Positions 1 to 11,919 of a stretch of 64,000 nt of DNA are shown one piece after another (the stretch's first letter is position 1; each line of letters begins with the position of its first letter). Made by a program: the position numbers and the translations under genes. Origin of the DNA: Podarcis melisellensis (Eukaryota); NCBI GenBank assembly GCA_964234715.1, contig OZ174280.1; one strand, written 5' to 3'. Below the pieces are notes generated by a model. It searched no databases. It was not told the DNA's origin and saw only the letters and a list, made by a program, of their open reading frames with translations.

Positions 1-504
1 GACCCTTGGAAATCTAAAAAGAAAGCAGCCTTTCCCAGTGCTGCCCAACCAGCCCTTGGGTGTGTTTGGGAATGCAGGTCCCCCTTGATTATGTGGGGCT
101 TACCATGTCTGAGCAGACAGCAAGCAGGAGGCAAAACAAGCAGTGGACCTGTTTCCATATTAGAGAGCCATTCTGACCTCCCTCCTATGATCCAAGTTCA
201 GCAGTTGGTATTCTGAGCTGAAAACCTGTATCTACATCATGATAAATAAGGGTGAGAAATGCTTTAGTAACAATTTCCATTGCATGAAGCGGACTGTAGT
301 CAATGAAAGCTTTTAGCATAATAACAACAGTGCCACAAAACTCTGTTGTTTTGGGGAGGTGGTGTTTTTTTTCTTTCTTTGAATTTAATTGACCCAAGTT
401 ACTCCATGACACACACGGATCTTTGGTTTTACTGCAAGGTGTTCTGCCCAAGGTGTAGGTCACTTTTTGAACATGTACAAAACCCTCACACCATTGGTAT
501 TAAT

Positions 505-628
505 TAAATTTATATACCACCTTTCTCTTCCAAGGATCTCAAGGTGGTGTACATGGTTCTTATTCCTCCCCATTTCACCCTCACAACAACCCTGTGAGGT
601 AGGTTAGGCTAAGAGGTGGTGACTAGGC
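505..628 (-). mobile_element. Older CORE/MIR-like SINE fragment
   Basis: CCTCACAACAACCCTGTGAGGTAGGTTAGGCT motif, similar to 2.47-2.5 kb. Confidence 0.65.
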
Positions 629-1399
629 TTTGCACGCATCCTGTATGATTCAGAGCGGCCCCTCCCTTTGATTCCCATTTCAGCTGTCATGTAAGTATGA
701 TTTGACACACACCCTTCCAAATCTTCACTCACCCCTTCTTCCCTGGCTGGGGGTGGGTGGGCACCATTTTGTGCTTTGCCTCAGGTGCCAAAATGTCTTG
801 GTCCAGCTCTGCCTACATGTATGTATCAATGTGGACACTGTTTATAATGGAAAAGCAGAGATTCACTCTGCCACAGAGTTTAGGTTTTAAGAGCTACCAG
901 TCCTTTTCATCTTGCTCTGCTCAGTTCTTCAGTTTCACTCATCTGCTTAGAGTGGCCCTCCATCTCCTACCCACTCCCCTGTCTCAAAATATGCCACCTC
1001 AGATGCACCAATTGCATTATGGGTGTTTCCAGATGACCTGTTTATTGAGCTTTCACCCTGATTTGTTTGCAGGGAGACTAAGGTAATGTTGCCTTAAGCA
1101 AGTGTTAAATTGTGTAGATGAGTGTTTGTTAGGCAAGCCCTCTCAATCAACTAACACTGCAAACCTGCATTGTTCAGCACGTGATTGAATTTCACCCCCA
1201 AATAGTGAAGCACCTCAAATGATCTCTAGCAGATTTTGGGGGGTGGGGATGGGGATTTTGCCTTTTTCGCATGCTGATCAACAGTCCTATTATTCCTACA
1301 CGGCAAGGCTGCAGTTCTAAAGGCATTTACTGAGGGGGGTGCTATCCCCGTTGAACAGAACAGAGCTTACTTCGAAGTAAAACTAGTTTGGGATCGTAT

Positions 1400-2330
1400 T
1401 GTGAGAATGATAAAAGAGGAGATCTTTGACGGGGCCAACTCTGGTCTATTAAGCATGAGTTGCAAAGGAAGTAGAATGCCCCCGCATTATTAATGAATAG
1501 CTTGAAATCGGAGCCGTCAGCCGTCTCCCTCTGGGCAACGCCGAATCTGAACCGTAATCCAATTAACAAAGTCTAGCCGGCAGAGACCTTCTTTGTTCTT
1601 TGAGCAATCAGGTGAGAAACCTCAGCCCGCATTTACTTTCCCCCTTCCTCTGAATCTTTTTCGCCAGCTAGAGCTGATCCGATAAGATCCAATCATCTTT
1701 AATTAGCCCTTTTGTTAACCAATGATTTTAAAAAATGATTAAATAATAATAATCATCAAACCGAAGGAGACCCATAGGGATGTCTTTACGTTACAATGTA
1801 AAGAATTTTCCGGAGTGAACTCCCTTACAGAGTGGGAGTCAAAGGGAGTCAAATTCTCTTGGAAGAAGAATAAGCGGATACTTGTTAACATGCTGAAGGT
1901 GAGAGACAATGAGGGCAGAGTCCTGAGATTGGAAGCATTTGCAATGACCCAGAAAGGGAAAAGTTTCCCCTGAGACCAGTTCAATATGGCGGCAGTCCCT
2001 GCAGAGCCAGGCTGGGAACAACTCCGTACAAATGGCTCCGCCATCAAAAGGCTATGAATAAAGACACGGTGTAATGGAACACCATAATTTGCGCGCACAA
2101 AAAGAAAGTCATAGGGGTGTTCCTTTTTTTGTTTCTCCCTAAACATCCAAGACGAGGCACTTTTCAGCCTGGCAGCGATCCAGCAGCAGTTAATTTGCCT
2201 CCCAGGGAAAGCCCAGCTCTAGCCTTTCCCTTGACAACAAGTGCCCACAGTTGCATTTCTGTGGTTCCCTGGAGGTCTCCCCAGTTCTGCTTGGCCCGGT
2301 GCCAGTCTAGGGTTTAAAGGGCACTAGGCA
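1400..2330. promoter_or_regulatory. Enhancer-like, CpG-retaining unique element
   Basis: Many CpGs at moderate GC. Clustered CTTTGA/TCAAAG (1424, 1598, 1839), CTTTGTT (1591), TAATCC (1555), TAATTA (1700), GATAAG (1681). Confidence 0.45.
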
Positions 2331-2367
2331 TGCTGATGAATGCAGTGCGATTTGCATCCTTCTGTGT

Positions 2368-2630
2368 CAGAAGAAGAAGAAGAAGAAGAAGAGGAGTTTG
2401 GATTTTATATCCCACTTTATCACTACCCTAAGGAGTCTCAAAGCGGCTAACATTCTCCTTTCCCTTCCTTTCCCACAACAAACACTCTGTGAGGTGAGTG
2501 GGGCTGAGAGACTTCAAAGAAGTGTGACTAGCCCAAGGTCACCCAGCAGCTGCATGTGAAGGAGCGGAGACACGAACTCGGTTCACCAGATTACGAGACT
2601 ACCACTCTTAACCACTACACCACACCAGCT
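2368..2630 (-). mobile_element. tRNA-derived CORE SINE (Squam3/MIR-like) with (TTC)n tail
   Basis: Reverse head GAGCTGGTGTGGTGTAGTGGTTAAGAG (A box), CORE GCTGGGTGACCTTGGGCTAGTCAC, L2-like 3' end. Confidence 0.85.
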
Positions 2631-5177
2631 CCCTATGTGAAGAAACTTCACATAGGAGCTAGTAAAGTCATGATGGGTTCTTCCATTTTTCCATAATTCT
2701 CTGGACGTGGCCTGATATCTGCAGGAGGGGTGTTTACATACTGTATCTTTAAAGCACATTTGAAGCACTTTCTTTCCCTCAAAGAATTATGGGCCCTGTA
2801 TCTTACTCCTCACAGACTTACAATTCCCAGCATCCCTGAGCAAACTGCAGTGTCCAGAATTCTTTGAGGAGGGAAATGTGCTTTCTAGGTATAGTATGTA
2901 TGTAACTCTGCTTTTAGGTGCTTAACCTTCTTTCACTAAATGGATATGTACTGCCAAAAAAGCTCTCAATTAATTCTCAAGGTAGTTGGCTTTTCTGGAA
3001 ATGTAGGGTGGTATTCAACTAAGTTTTAATCAGAGTAGACTCATTGAAATTAATAAACACAACTAAGTTAGGACCATTAATTACAGTGGGCCTGCTCTGA
3101 GTGGAACTTAGATGACTGTTACCCATAGGGAGGAATTCAAATTAGCACAAAGGGGATTGCTCAGTCTTCACAAGCATTTTTGTTTGCCTGGTGAAACAAT
3201 CTCCCCTCTGCTTCCCCTGCATGCTGTTCTGGGGTTTCTCATCTGGATGCAGTCCTTGCTCCCTAATGGTGCCCCAGAAAGGAAAACACCAAAAGGGCTA
3301 TCCTTAGCATTTGGGTAGTATAACACTTTGAAGGGATCAAAACCCTTCACATACATTTTTAGCAATCTTCACAACAATCTTGTAAATCAGTTCATGGTTC
3401 AAGTGAGATTTGAAAAGTGACTTTCCGGCTCTTACTGTTGTTGTTGGCACCTCTCTGTCTGTCTCAGTAGAGAATGGAAGATTGAGCCGTTGGGGATGAA
3501 GGGAAACTATTGGAAAGTTACAGGAGGGCATCAGCCTTTGCACCCTCAACCCTTTCTTGTGTAGCCTCCTCTGCCCTGCATTGTGTTTCAGGAAGAACAC
3601 AAGATAAAGGGATTTAAAAAGCAAACACAACTACTAAAAAATGAGTAATTGGGAGTCTACTTCAAATTTAATGTTTTATTCCCTGCCCCCAAGTATTTTT
3701 ATTTGCAGCAACCAAATTTGTAGGTTACGTGGTGTCGTCAATAAAGCAGTACAGTACATAGAGAAGAGGTGAGTGTAAGGTTTCTCCTGACATTTATTCT
3801 CCCATGCCTTTAGAAAATCTGGAAAAACTAGTCAGTGAGCCATTTAAACAAATGCCACATTGATGGCATGCAAATATGTGCAGAGAGCGCACATAAAGTC
3901 CCCATATCTGGAGATTTGGGATCTGGCAGTCCTTTTCCGGAGGGTGATGTAACTTGCCTCTATTCTCCAAGATCCTTGTGATTCACAGCAATAATGATAG
4001 GCTGGGGCATATAAGTGGTTGCCATGTGGCTAGTGTAATAGAGGCCTAACTGTTTTTAAAGTGTTGCTTATTTTTTGCCTCTTGGCTGTTTTTCTAGCTC
4101 TGCCCCAGTCTAGTCTGTACATTTTCAATGAATTGTGTGCAAATGAGTTGTGGTCTTGTGGGCTTTTCCCTCTTGCCCTCAGTTACCTTATGGGTATGTG
4201 CCAATTTTAGAGTCATTGCTGCACAGAGGTTAAGAGTTTTGTGGGCCTTCCAGACTGGCTTTTAAAAAACAACAACATTTTGTGTGTGTGAGTTGGTGTA
4301 TTCCACAACGTCATGTACTCAAGAAGAAACAGAATGCTCAACGGGAGGTATAAATCCTTAAAAACAGCCCCCAAGCTGAATTGTCTTTTGATGAAGGAGA
4401 TGACAGACTGCAACCCCACCCTCCCTAGCTCTCCGGATATTGTTGGACCAGAACCCCCACCATCTCTGACCACTGGCCATGCTGGCTCCTGCCTTGTATA
4501 TATGTGCACACCTCATCTGACCTACTGAAGCATGTGCACAGAATATGCATGGTGTACAGTAGTCACACCCACGTACACCCTAAATGCCCACACAGCAAAG
4601 GCAACTTGCACAATGTGATCCTTGTTCCACCCAAACCACTTCCATTCCTTCAGAGGACAAGTGGTATTGCCATCCTGCGCTGCTTATAGGGGTCCCCGTC
4701 TCCAAGGAGGGTGCTGTTGTTTTCGGCACGACGGATTTCAACATAAAATAATTGTTTAAATGAATTCCTTCATCTGGGCTTGTTGTTGTCCTCTTCTGCA
4801 GATGTATAAGAATGGAGTGGCCACACTCACTAGCTCCAAGTGCCTTTCTGGCTCCCATGCCTGTCTACTGACACAGAGGCAGAAGTTATTTCAGGAAACA
4901 GCTTTTTTCCTCACTGTCAGGGTGTGGCTTGCTCTTCCAACTCTAGTCTTTTCTCTCCCACCACCTTCGTTTTTCTTCTCTCCATTCGCAGATCGGTTTG
5001 CATTGAAAGACAGCTTAGGAAAAAACCCCAGCTTTAAAAAAAATGACTGGCTACTCTCTAGTTCTGTTGGGAGATTCCCACTGCTGCAAAGCATATATTT
5101 AATTTTTAATCTTTTGTATACTGCTTTGAATTGAGACTGATGTGGGGGCAGTATAAAAAGTCTTACTTTTACTACTA

Positions 5178-5419
5178 CAGTGGTACCTTGGGTTTCATAT
5201 GCTTCAGGTTACATACACTTCAGGTTACAGACCCTGCTAACCCAGAAATAGTACCTCGGGTTAAGATCTTTGCTTCAGGATGAGAACAGAAATCGTGCTC
5301 CGGCGGTGTGGCAGCAGCAGGAGGCCCCATTAGCTAAAGTGGTGCTTCAGGTTAAGAACAGTTTCAGGTTAAGTACGAACTTCCAAAACAAATTAAGTAC
5401 TTAACCCAAGGTACCACTG
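5178..5419. mobile_element. Tigger/pogo-like Tc1-mariner MITE
   Basis: TIR CAGTGGTACCTTGGGTT / AACCCAAGGTACCACTG with TA TSD; sister copy at 52155. Confidence 0.9.
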
Positions 5420-5422
5420 TAC

Positions 5423-5474
5423 TCTTCTTCTTCTTCTTCTTCTTCTTCTTCTTCTTCTTCTTCTTCTTCTTCTT

Positions 5475-5503
<29 letters not shown>
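5423..5503. repeat. (TTC)n microsatellite
   Basis: ~27 perfect units directly beside the MITE end. Confidence 0.97.
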
Positions 5504-5507
<4 letters not shown>

Positions 5508-7456
5508 ATTACTATTAGCTGCAAGTTGTTCTGAGTTGCCCTGCAGGGTAAACCTGCTTCTGCAGCTGGCCCTACCATTAGGCAGAATGAAACAACTGCC
5601 TCAGGAGGCATATGTTGGGAGGTGGTGGTGCCCCTCAGCTCCCTCTCTCCTGAGCACCCTGACTATACCATTCTGTTGGGGAAGAGAGCTGTGTGTCATG
5701 CCTTCCACCTTTATAACTACCCTGGCTGATCTCCCTCAGTGTTTGCCCTATAGTAGGATTCAGCAGCCAGTTCGGTTGACTTTGTGTGGCATGGGTGTGC
5801 GTGTGTGCCATTTTGTTCTTTGCCAAGTGAAGTGTCTTGAGCCGGCCTTGTGTACATGTCAGCACATCACATGCTGGATCAATGAGTGTGTCAGTCCTTA
5901 GACTTGCTCCTTCCTTCTTACAGCAAGTAGACTTTAGTTAAGAGGCACATGTGTTTCTGCCTATGATGTATATGTGTGTGTGTATTTGTCAGTGCCCATC
6001 CTTGGCACATCCCAATCCCCAGAGAAATTATATATATTTATTTCCTGTTTCAAAATATATTTCCTGTTTCAAATTTCTTTCTAATTTCTCTGGGGATGGG
6101 TGTGCTTGTTGGGCACTGACAACTAGGCACCCACAGAGGGATAGCTTTTTTCTTCTGCTCAACTTGAAACCAAACCAAAAGCTTGCAGATTCATTCCCCC
6201 GCCCCTCCCTGCCAAACTTGCTCCAAAGATACATATGAGTTTTGAGGGCAGAAAAGGTACTTTGAAATATTACATTGGTAATATTACTCATCATGTATGA
6301 CTGCTGCAAAACCATATACTGCAATTTACGAAGGATCTTCATTGGGGTGAGGAACCTGTGATCGTCCAGGCGTTGCTGGACTCCAACTCCCTTCATCCCC
6401 GACTGTTGCCCCTGCTGGCTGGGGCTGATGGGATTTGGAGTCTTTACAACATCTGAAGGGCCACAGGTCCTTTCCCATCCCTGATCTAGAGCCTAGTGGG
6501 CTAAACTTCAGGAGAAGGGTCAGTGGGCCTTGAGTTTTGTTTCATTTTCTAAAAAAGCCTGTTAATTGATTTGCTGGCTGACCTTGACCAAGAGACTTAA
6601 TTTCTTCTGGCTTTCTTACTCCTTGGTCAGCATTTGTATAGCAAGCTTCTCTGCTATTTCTGATCACCATTGCTTCTTGGGTCTCATTGCTGACACACTG
6701 ACACACCTCTGTCTTTGATGTTTGGGGCTGCAGTTCTGTGCACATTTACCTGGGAGCAAGTCCCACTGAATACTGTGGGACTTACTCCTGAGTAAACATC
6801 CACAGGTTGGCACTGTGGGTGAAGGACGGCGCCTAGATTTAGCAGTGGAAATAAGGCTTGCCTTTTGGGTTCTCAGTACTTGAAAAAGGTCCTTGAAATT
6901 TCTCTAGTTAGTAAATCTGGGAAGAGGGAGGTTAAACTAGCATAATAACAGTGCTTCAGTCTTGGTTATAACCTTTGGTAATGAAGCACTGATGTCTAAA
7001 AATAGACTTCCAAACACATACTTAGGCTCCTGAATCAGTGCCCTAATTTTTCATAGCACCCAACAATCTTCATTGACTTGATTAGTAGCCTGTAGATTTT
7101 TCTACTTTTGGAGGAGATGGGAGTTCAGTATTAGTCCTCCCTTGATTTTTGGGTATTATTGTCTCCTGATTACTCATTTTATGGGTGGGATGTTTGAACT
7201 GAGACTTTTTGTTTGGAGAGGAAGGGAAGTTAAGTCCAAGAGACACATGCATTGACAATGTCAAGGACCTGGCTGTCTAAGTTCTGGGGGCATTCTAATC
7301 TTTTAAGATGTTACAATGCACAGCAATTCTGAACCACTGTCATTATTTTGCTTTCCAATATTTACTAGAAACCAACTAGGGATCCAGAGTAAATGCAAGC
7401 CAGAATATTGTGTTCACTGGGTGGTAGCTGACTTAAGTCATACTCAGTTCTTGATT

Positions 7457-7585
7457 ATAGTTACAGGTAGGTAGCCGTGTTGGTCTGCTGTAGTCGAAAC
7501 AAAATAAAAAAAAAATCCTTCCAGTAGCACCTTAGAGACCAACTAAGTTATTGGTATGAGCTTTTGTGTGCACACTTCTTCAGAT
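7457..7585 (-). mobile_element. Penelope-like element terminal fragment with degenerate hammerhead core
   Basis: GTAGCCGTGTTGGTCTG...GTAGCACCTTAGAGACCAAC...GAGCTTTTGTGTGCACACTTCTTCAGAT is typical of reptile Penelope ends. Flanked by 10-bp direct repeat GTTCTTGATT (7447-7456 / 7586-7595). Confidence 0.7.
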
Positions 7586-7607
7586 GTTCTTGATTGATTG
7601 ATTTCAA

Positions 7608-8124
7608 TCAGACCTCACCTGGAGTACTGTGTCCAGTTCTGGGCACCACAGTTCAAGAAGGACACTGACAAACTGGAACGTGTCCAGAGGAGGGCAACCA
7701 AAATGGTCAAAGGCCTGGAAACGATGCCTTATGAGGAACAGCTAAGGGAGCTGGGCATGTTTAGTCTGGAGAAGAGGAGGTTAAGGGGTGATATGATAGC
7801 CATGTTCAAATATATAAAAGGATGTCACATAGAGGAGGGAGAAAGGTTGTTTTCTGCTGCTCCAGAGAAGCGGACACGGAGCAATGGATCCAAACTACAA
7901 GAAAGAAGATTCCACCTAAACATTAGGAAGAACTTCCTGACAGTAAGAGCTGTTCGACAGTGGAATTTGATGCCAAGGAGTGTGGTAGAGTCTCCTTCTT
8001 TGGAGGTCTTTAAGCAGAGGCTTGACAACCATATGTCAGGAGTGCTCTGATGGTGTTTCCTGCTTGGCAGGGGGTTGGACTCGAAGGCCCCTGTGGTCTC
8101 TTCCAACTCTATGATTCTATGATT
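7608..8124 (+). mobile_element. CR1 LINE 3' fragment (young)
   Basis: [37 protein letters not shown] frame intact; 3' tail CCAACTCTATGATTCTATGA. Confidence 0.93.
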
Positions 8125-8530
8125 TATACACCGCTTGATTGTTAATGACCTCAAAGCAGTTTACAAAAAGATAATAAAATCAAGAATAATTCACAACCAT
8201 ACTTTAGAACATACAAAATATAAAATATTAAAACAGATTTAAATTCCCCCAACCTTCCAAGCATCTGGGAAGGCTTTCCTAAAGAAGAATGTTTTCAGCA
8301 GGCGCCAAAAAGAGTTCAGTGAAGGTTCCTGCTTGATCTCAATAGGCAGATGATGCTGCCACACTAAACGATCTGAGTTCTTACAAATGTGGAACGGGTA
8401 TTATGTGGCATCTGCAGTAGTGCCAGTTCTGCCAATCAAAGCGGTTGAGTGGGCACATGAGGAATAAGGCCCTCTTGTAGGGAAACCGGTCCCAAGTTGT
8501 TAAGGGCTTTATATGCTAATAGTAACAGTT
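8125..8530 (-). mobile_element. Old L2-like 3' fragment
   Basis: TTTATACACCGCTT...CTCAAAGCAGTTTACA tail motif and decayed similarity to the 3' end of the L2 at 41.9 kb. Confidence 0.6.
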
Positions 8531-11041
8531 AGTTGTGAATAACATAACATCTCTGTACATTTCAGGTAACAAAAAAAAAACCCTACCGGTATGTTTCTGT
8601 GTCTGAAATCTGTTTATCACAAAGAAAGAGACCACATTATGGCAGTTTGGTGACTGCAGATTGCTGGGGCATGTCATTGTTAGATAATAGGGTAACTATG
8701 TGAAGACATCTAATCAGATGAGGCAACTGATTTGACCGTTACACTTCCTCTTCCTTGACTTCTTAGGCAGTTACAACTGTATTGTTTATGACCACTGGAA
8801 CGGCATTTTCCATGAACGTATACACGATAAGCACAATATTTCTGCTGTATTATGCTTAGAATATGAAAGTCAGCAAACACAAAACTTCAAATGGAGACTT
8901 AAATGTCAAATCATAGAATTGTAGGGTTTAAAGGGACCCCAAGGGCCATCTAGTCCAACCCCTTGCAATGCAGGAATCACAGCTAATAATTATCCATGCA
9001 ATGGAAAACACTCTGTGCTGATTGAGCTTGGATGTCAGTGGCTATGAATGATCCAGTGTAATGATTCAAGCTTGCATAAGCTTGATTTCAGTGTGACTTG
9101 TGCACATGCAACATGGCACTGGGCTATGGCCATTAGGCTTGAAGCAAGTGGTTAAAATGTATCTCAGGCCATTAACAATATGGAATATGAGACCTTCACT
9201 GTTGTCAAGTGGAAACTCCTAACAGCAGCGCTCAGGGTTTCCAGCCAACCATGTCCCTCCTTCAGGATATTCCATTCTGTTCCTCCTGCCCCTTTCCCAA
9301 CATTCCATGAGTACTGGGCATGCTCAGTTATCACTGAGCTGGCTTCTTGGAGGGGTTGGGTTTTTTGCTAATACCTCGCCCATGTTTCTCAGTGGCTCTA
9401 TTTTTTGGGAACACCATTCCTATGGGCACTTACCACCTCAGTTTGTTATTAGAAGGGGTGGTGGGTATTTTTTAGTAGAGTATAGCTGGGAAAATCTAAT
9501 GTATGGCCTGTAGACTGTCTTTAGAATCTTATTTTAACTGGTTTAGTAACAACTGAAAAGGAAGACAATCATTCAATAGCAGCAGCCCTTAAAGTTCTAC
9601 AGCTTAAGTTTCTACTCATTCTTATTTCCATTCTGTCCCTAACTCTCTCACCCTTGTGAGAATATGTTCATGTTAGTAATTCCCTGCAGGTGGGCATTTT
9701 TAGACTTGGATCACTGAAAAAATGCAAACTCCATCTGGAACTCAAAATGCAGGAAAAGCAACTGACACCAACATTTACCTAACTACTTTTCTCTCACACA
9801 AAATAAATGATGCTTCCTGGTTAGAAATCTCTCCACACCAGTTTTGAACTCCTGTTATTTTTACAAATATAAATAGAATTGTGGTTTTTTTGTTTTTGGT
9901 TTTTTTATAATTGCACAATGAGCAGGAGCTGGGAAGCACTTGGAGCTTCTAAAGGAAACAATGCTGTCTTTTTTGCACCCTTCAGTTGCCTTCAAGAGCC
10001 ATGCCAATGGATTTGTTCCCATTGGTTCAAGTGACTCTGAGTGCAGGTGTTCCACATGCTTTTTCCCATGCAGTGCGGGTTCCAGTCTGCAAGCAATTTG
10101 GATGGAACAGCTGTCCGGCATGGAAAACAAGGCGACTGTTGTGCAGTCAATCCAAAATTAAATTAAAAGTGCAAGGGATGAGATGGTAAGTGAAGAAGAG
10201 GAGGCAATGATATCTGGCAGTTGCAATATTTTAAATGGCCTTCGTTTAGTGGGTACTACATTTGGCTAAAGTCCTGGCCCAGTCATGAGTGAGAATAAAT
10301 TGGCTCGGCTCCACTGAATTGTATACTGTATCTGTAAGTGCTTGTCTAATTGGAGAACAGATGTCACCCCACCCCCCAAATGCGTCTGTGCCTCTGTTTG
10401 CAAGCTTTTGGGCAAACATCTATTTGGCCACACATATGTTCAGGGAATGTCCACATTCATGTATGGCTGAAGAGTTGTCACAACCTCATGCTGCATGAAG
10501 TTCTAAATGGACCAGAGCGTGAAATCAATTTCTATGCAAATTTACACGGAGTTAAAACAAATTGCCCTTGTAGCATTCACAAATGATGCATGAGTGGCAG
10601 AAGATTCACAGGGCATTGCTCCATTCATAGATGATATTGCTGAACAGGCTGCTTGCCACCTCCCAAGGCGGTCTGCTGAACGCTTGAGCAGCTCTTACCA
10701 TAAGGAAATTTCTTCCAATGTTTAGCCAAAATGGTGATGACATCCTATCTAGCTAACAGCATTTCATTTGGCTGCCCCAAGTAACTTTGTGACACCAGTA
10801 CCATGGGCAACATCCTATGCAGGAAAGGCCATGGGCATCACAGAGAGAGAAACCCTATGCTCAGTGGGCCTTACTCAGAGGTAAATGTGCATAGTATTAC
10901 TCTCCTGACCCCCCCTACTAGAACAGGCTTAAAATGGAGGTAATATACAAGGAGTTTCCACTGATATAGCTAGATTAGAAAGTTCTTTCTCTACAGTATA
11001 GTAACCATCCACCTCACATCTTTAAGAAGGTGGACTCAGTC

Positions 11042-11169
11042 CAGGCATCCCCAACCTTCAGATCTTTTGGCCTACAACTCCCATGATCACTAGCTAACAG
11101 GACCAGTGGTCAGGGATGATGGGAATTGTAGTCCAAAACATTTGGAGGGCTGAAGATTGGGGATGCATG
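11042..11169. mobile_element. hAT (Charlie-like) palindromic MITE
   Basis: CAGGCATCCCCAA / TTGGGGATGCATG ends; perfect 8-bp TSD ACTCAGTC. Confidence 0.9.
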
Positions 11170-11919
11170 ACTCAGTCCATTGAGTTATTAAGTAAGAGAG
11201 GCCATTTGCTGATTGTAGATTCCAAAGGAGGGAAGGACAGAAATGTTTGTGGTGCAGCAGCTCTCTTTACTTTCTCCTTCAATACCTGAACATCCAAAGG
11301 TCGAGTGATTTGCAAGTAATAAATAATCAACATCATGTGTGTTTTGAGGCAATAGTTTAGCCTGTGAGAGAAGGCCATTTGAGATCCACTTAATCCAGGT
11401 GAAATTTTGAATCCAGTGGTGTTTTTAAAATAAATGACATACATTTTCTATTAGGTAATTCTGTCTATTTTCATCTAGGTATTGGGCAGAGTGAAAAAAG
11501 TGGAGAAATTGCTCCCCCACCCCCATTTGTGCAAGTAAGTTCCACCTTAGCTTTTCCCCTCTGCCTTTCCATCAAGGAAATCTTTCACACTTTTCTCACA
11601 GAGTAGAACTGGGTGGCTGTTGTTGTAGTCCCCTTTAAGAACTAATATTTGAAGGTCATCGTTCTGGGTCAAACCCTCTCAACGCAGCTTCCAGAATCAC
11701 CCCCAAAAGTAATAATAAAATGCTGGCAACCACCACGCTAACAGCAAAACATTAAGCCCAACATAATATCCTTAAATATCATGTTAAGTGAAGCTAGGGA
11801 TTGCATCGCACACTCATCCTACCTAGACCCATCGAAATGAATGGGTGTGGCTAACTCTGCTTCACTGATTTCAGTGGGTCTACTCGGAGTATACAGTAAC
11901 TTAGTTGACCATCATAACG

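Noticed and set aside
5393-5611. Poly-arginine ORF
   Set aside because: Translation of the (TTC)n microsatellite and a MITE end.
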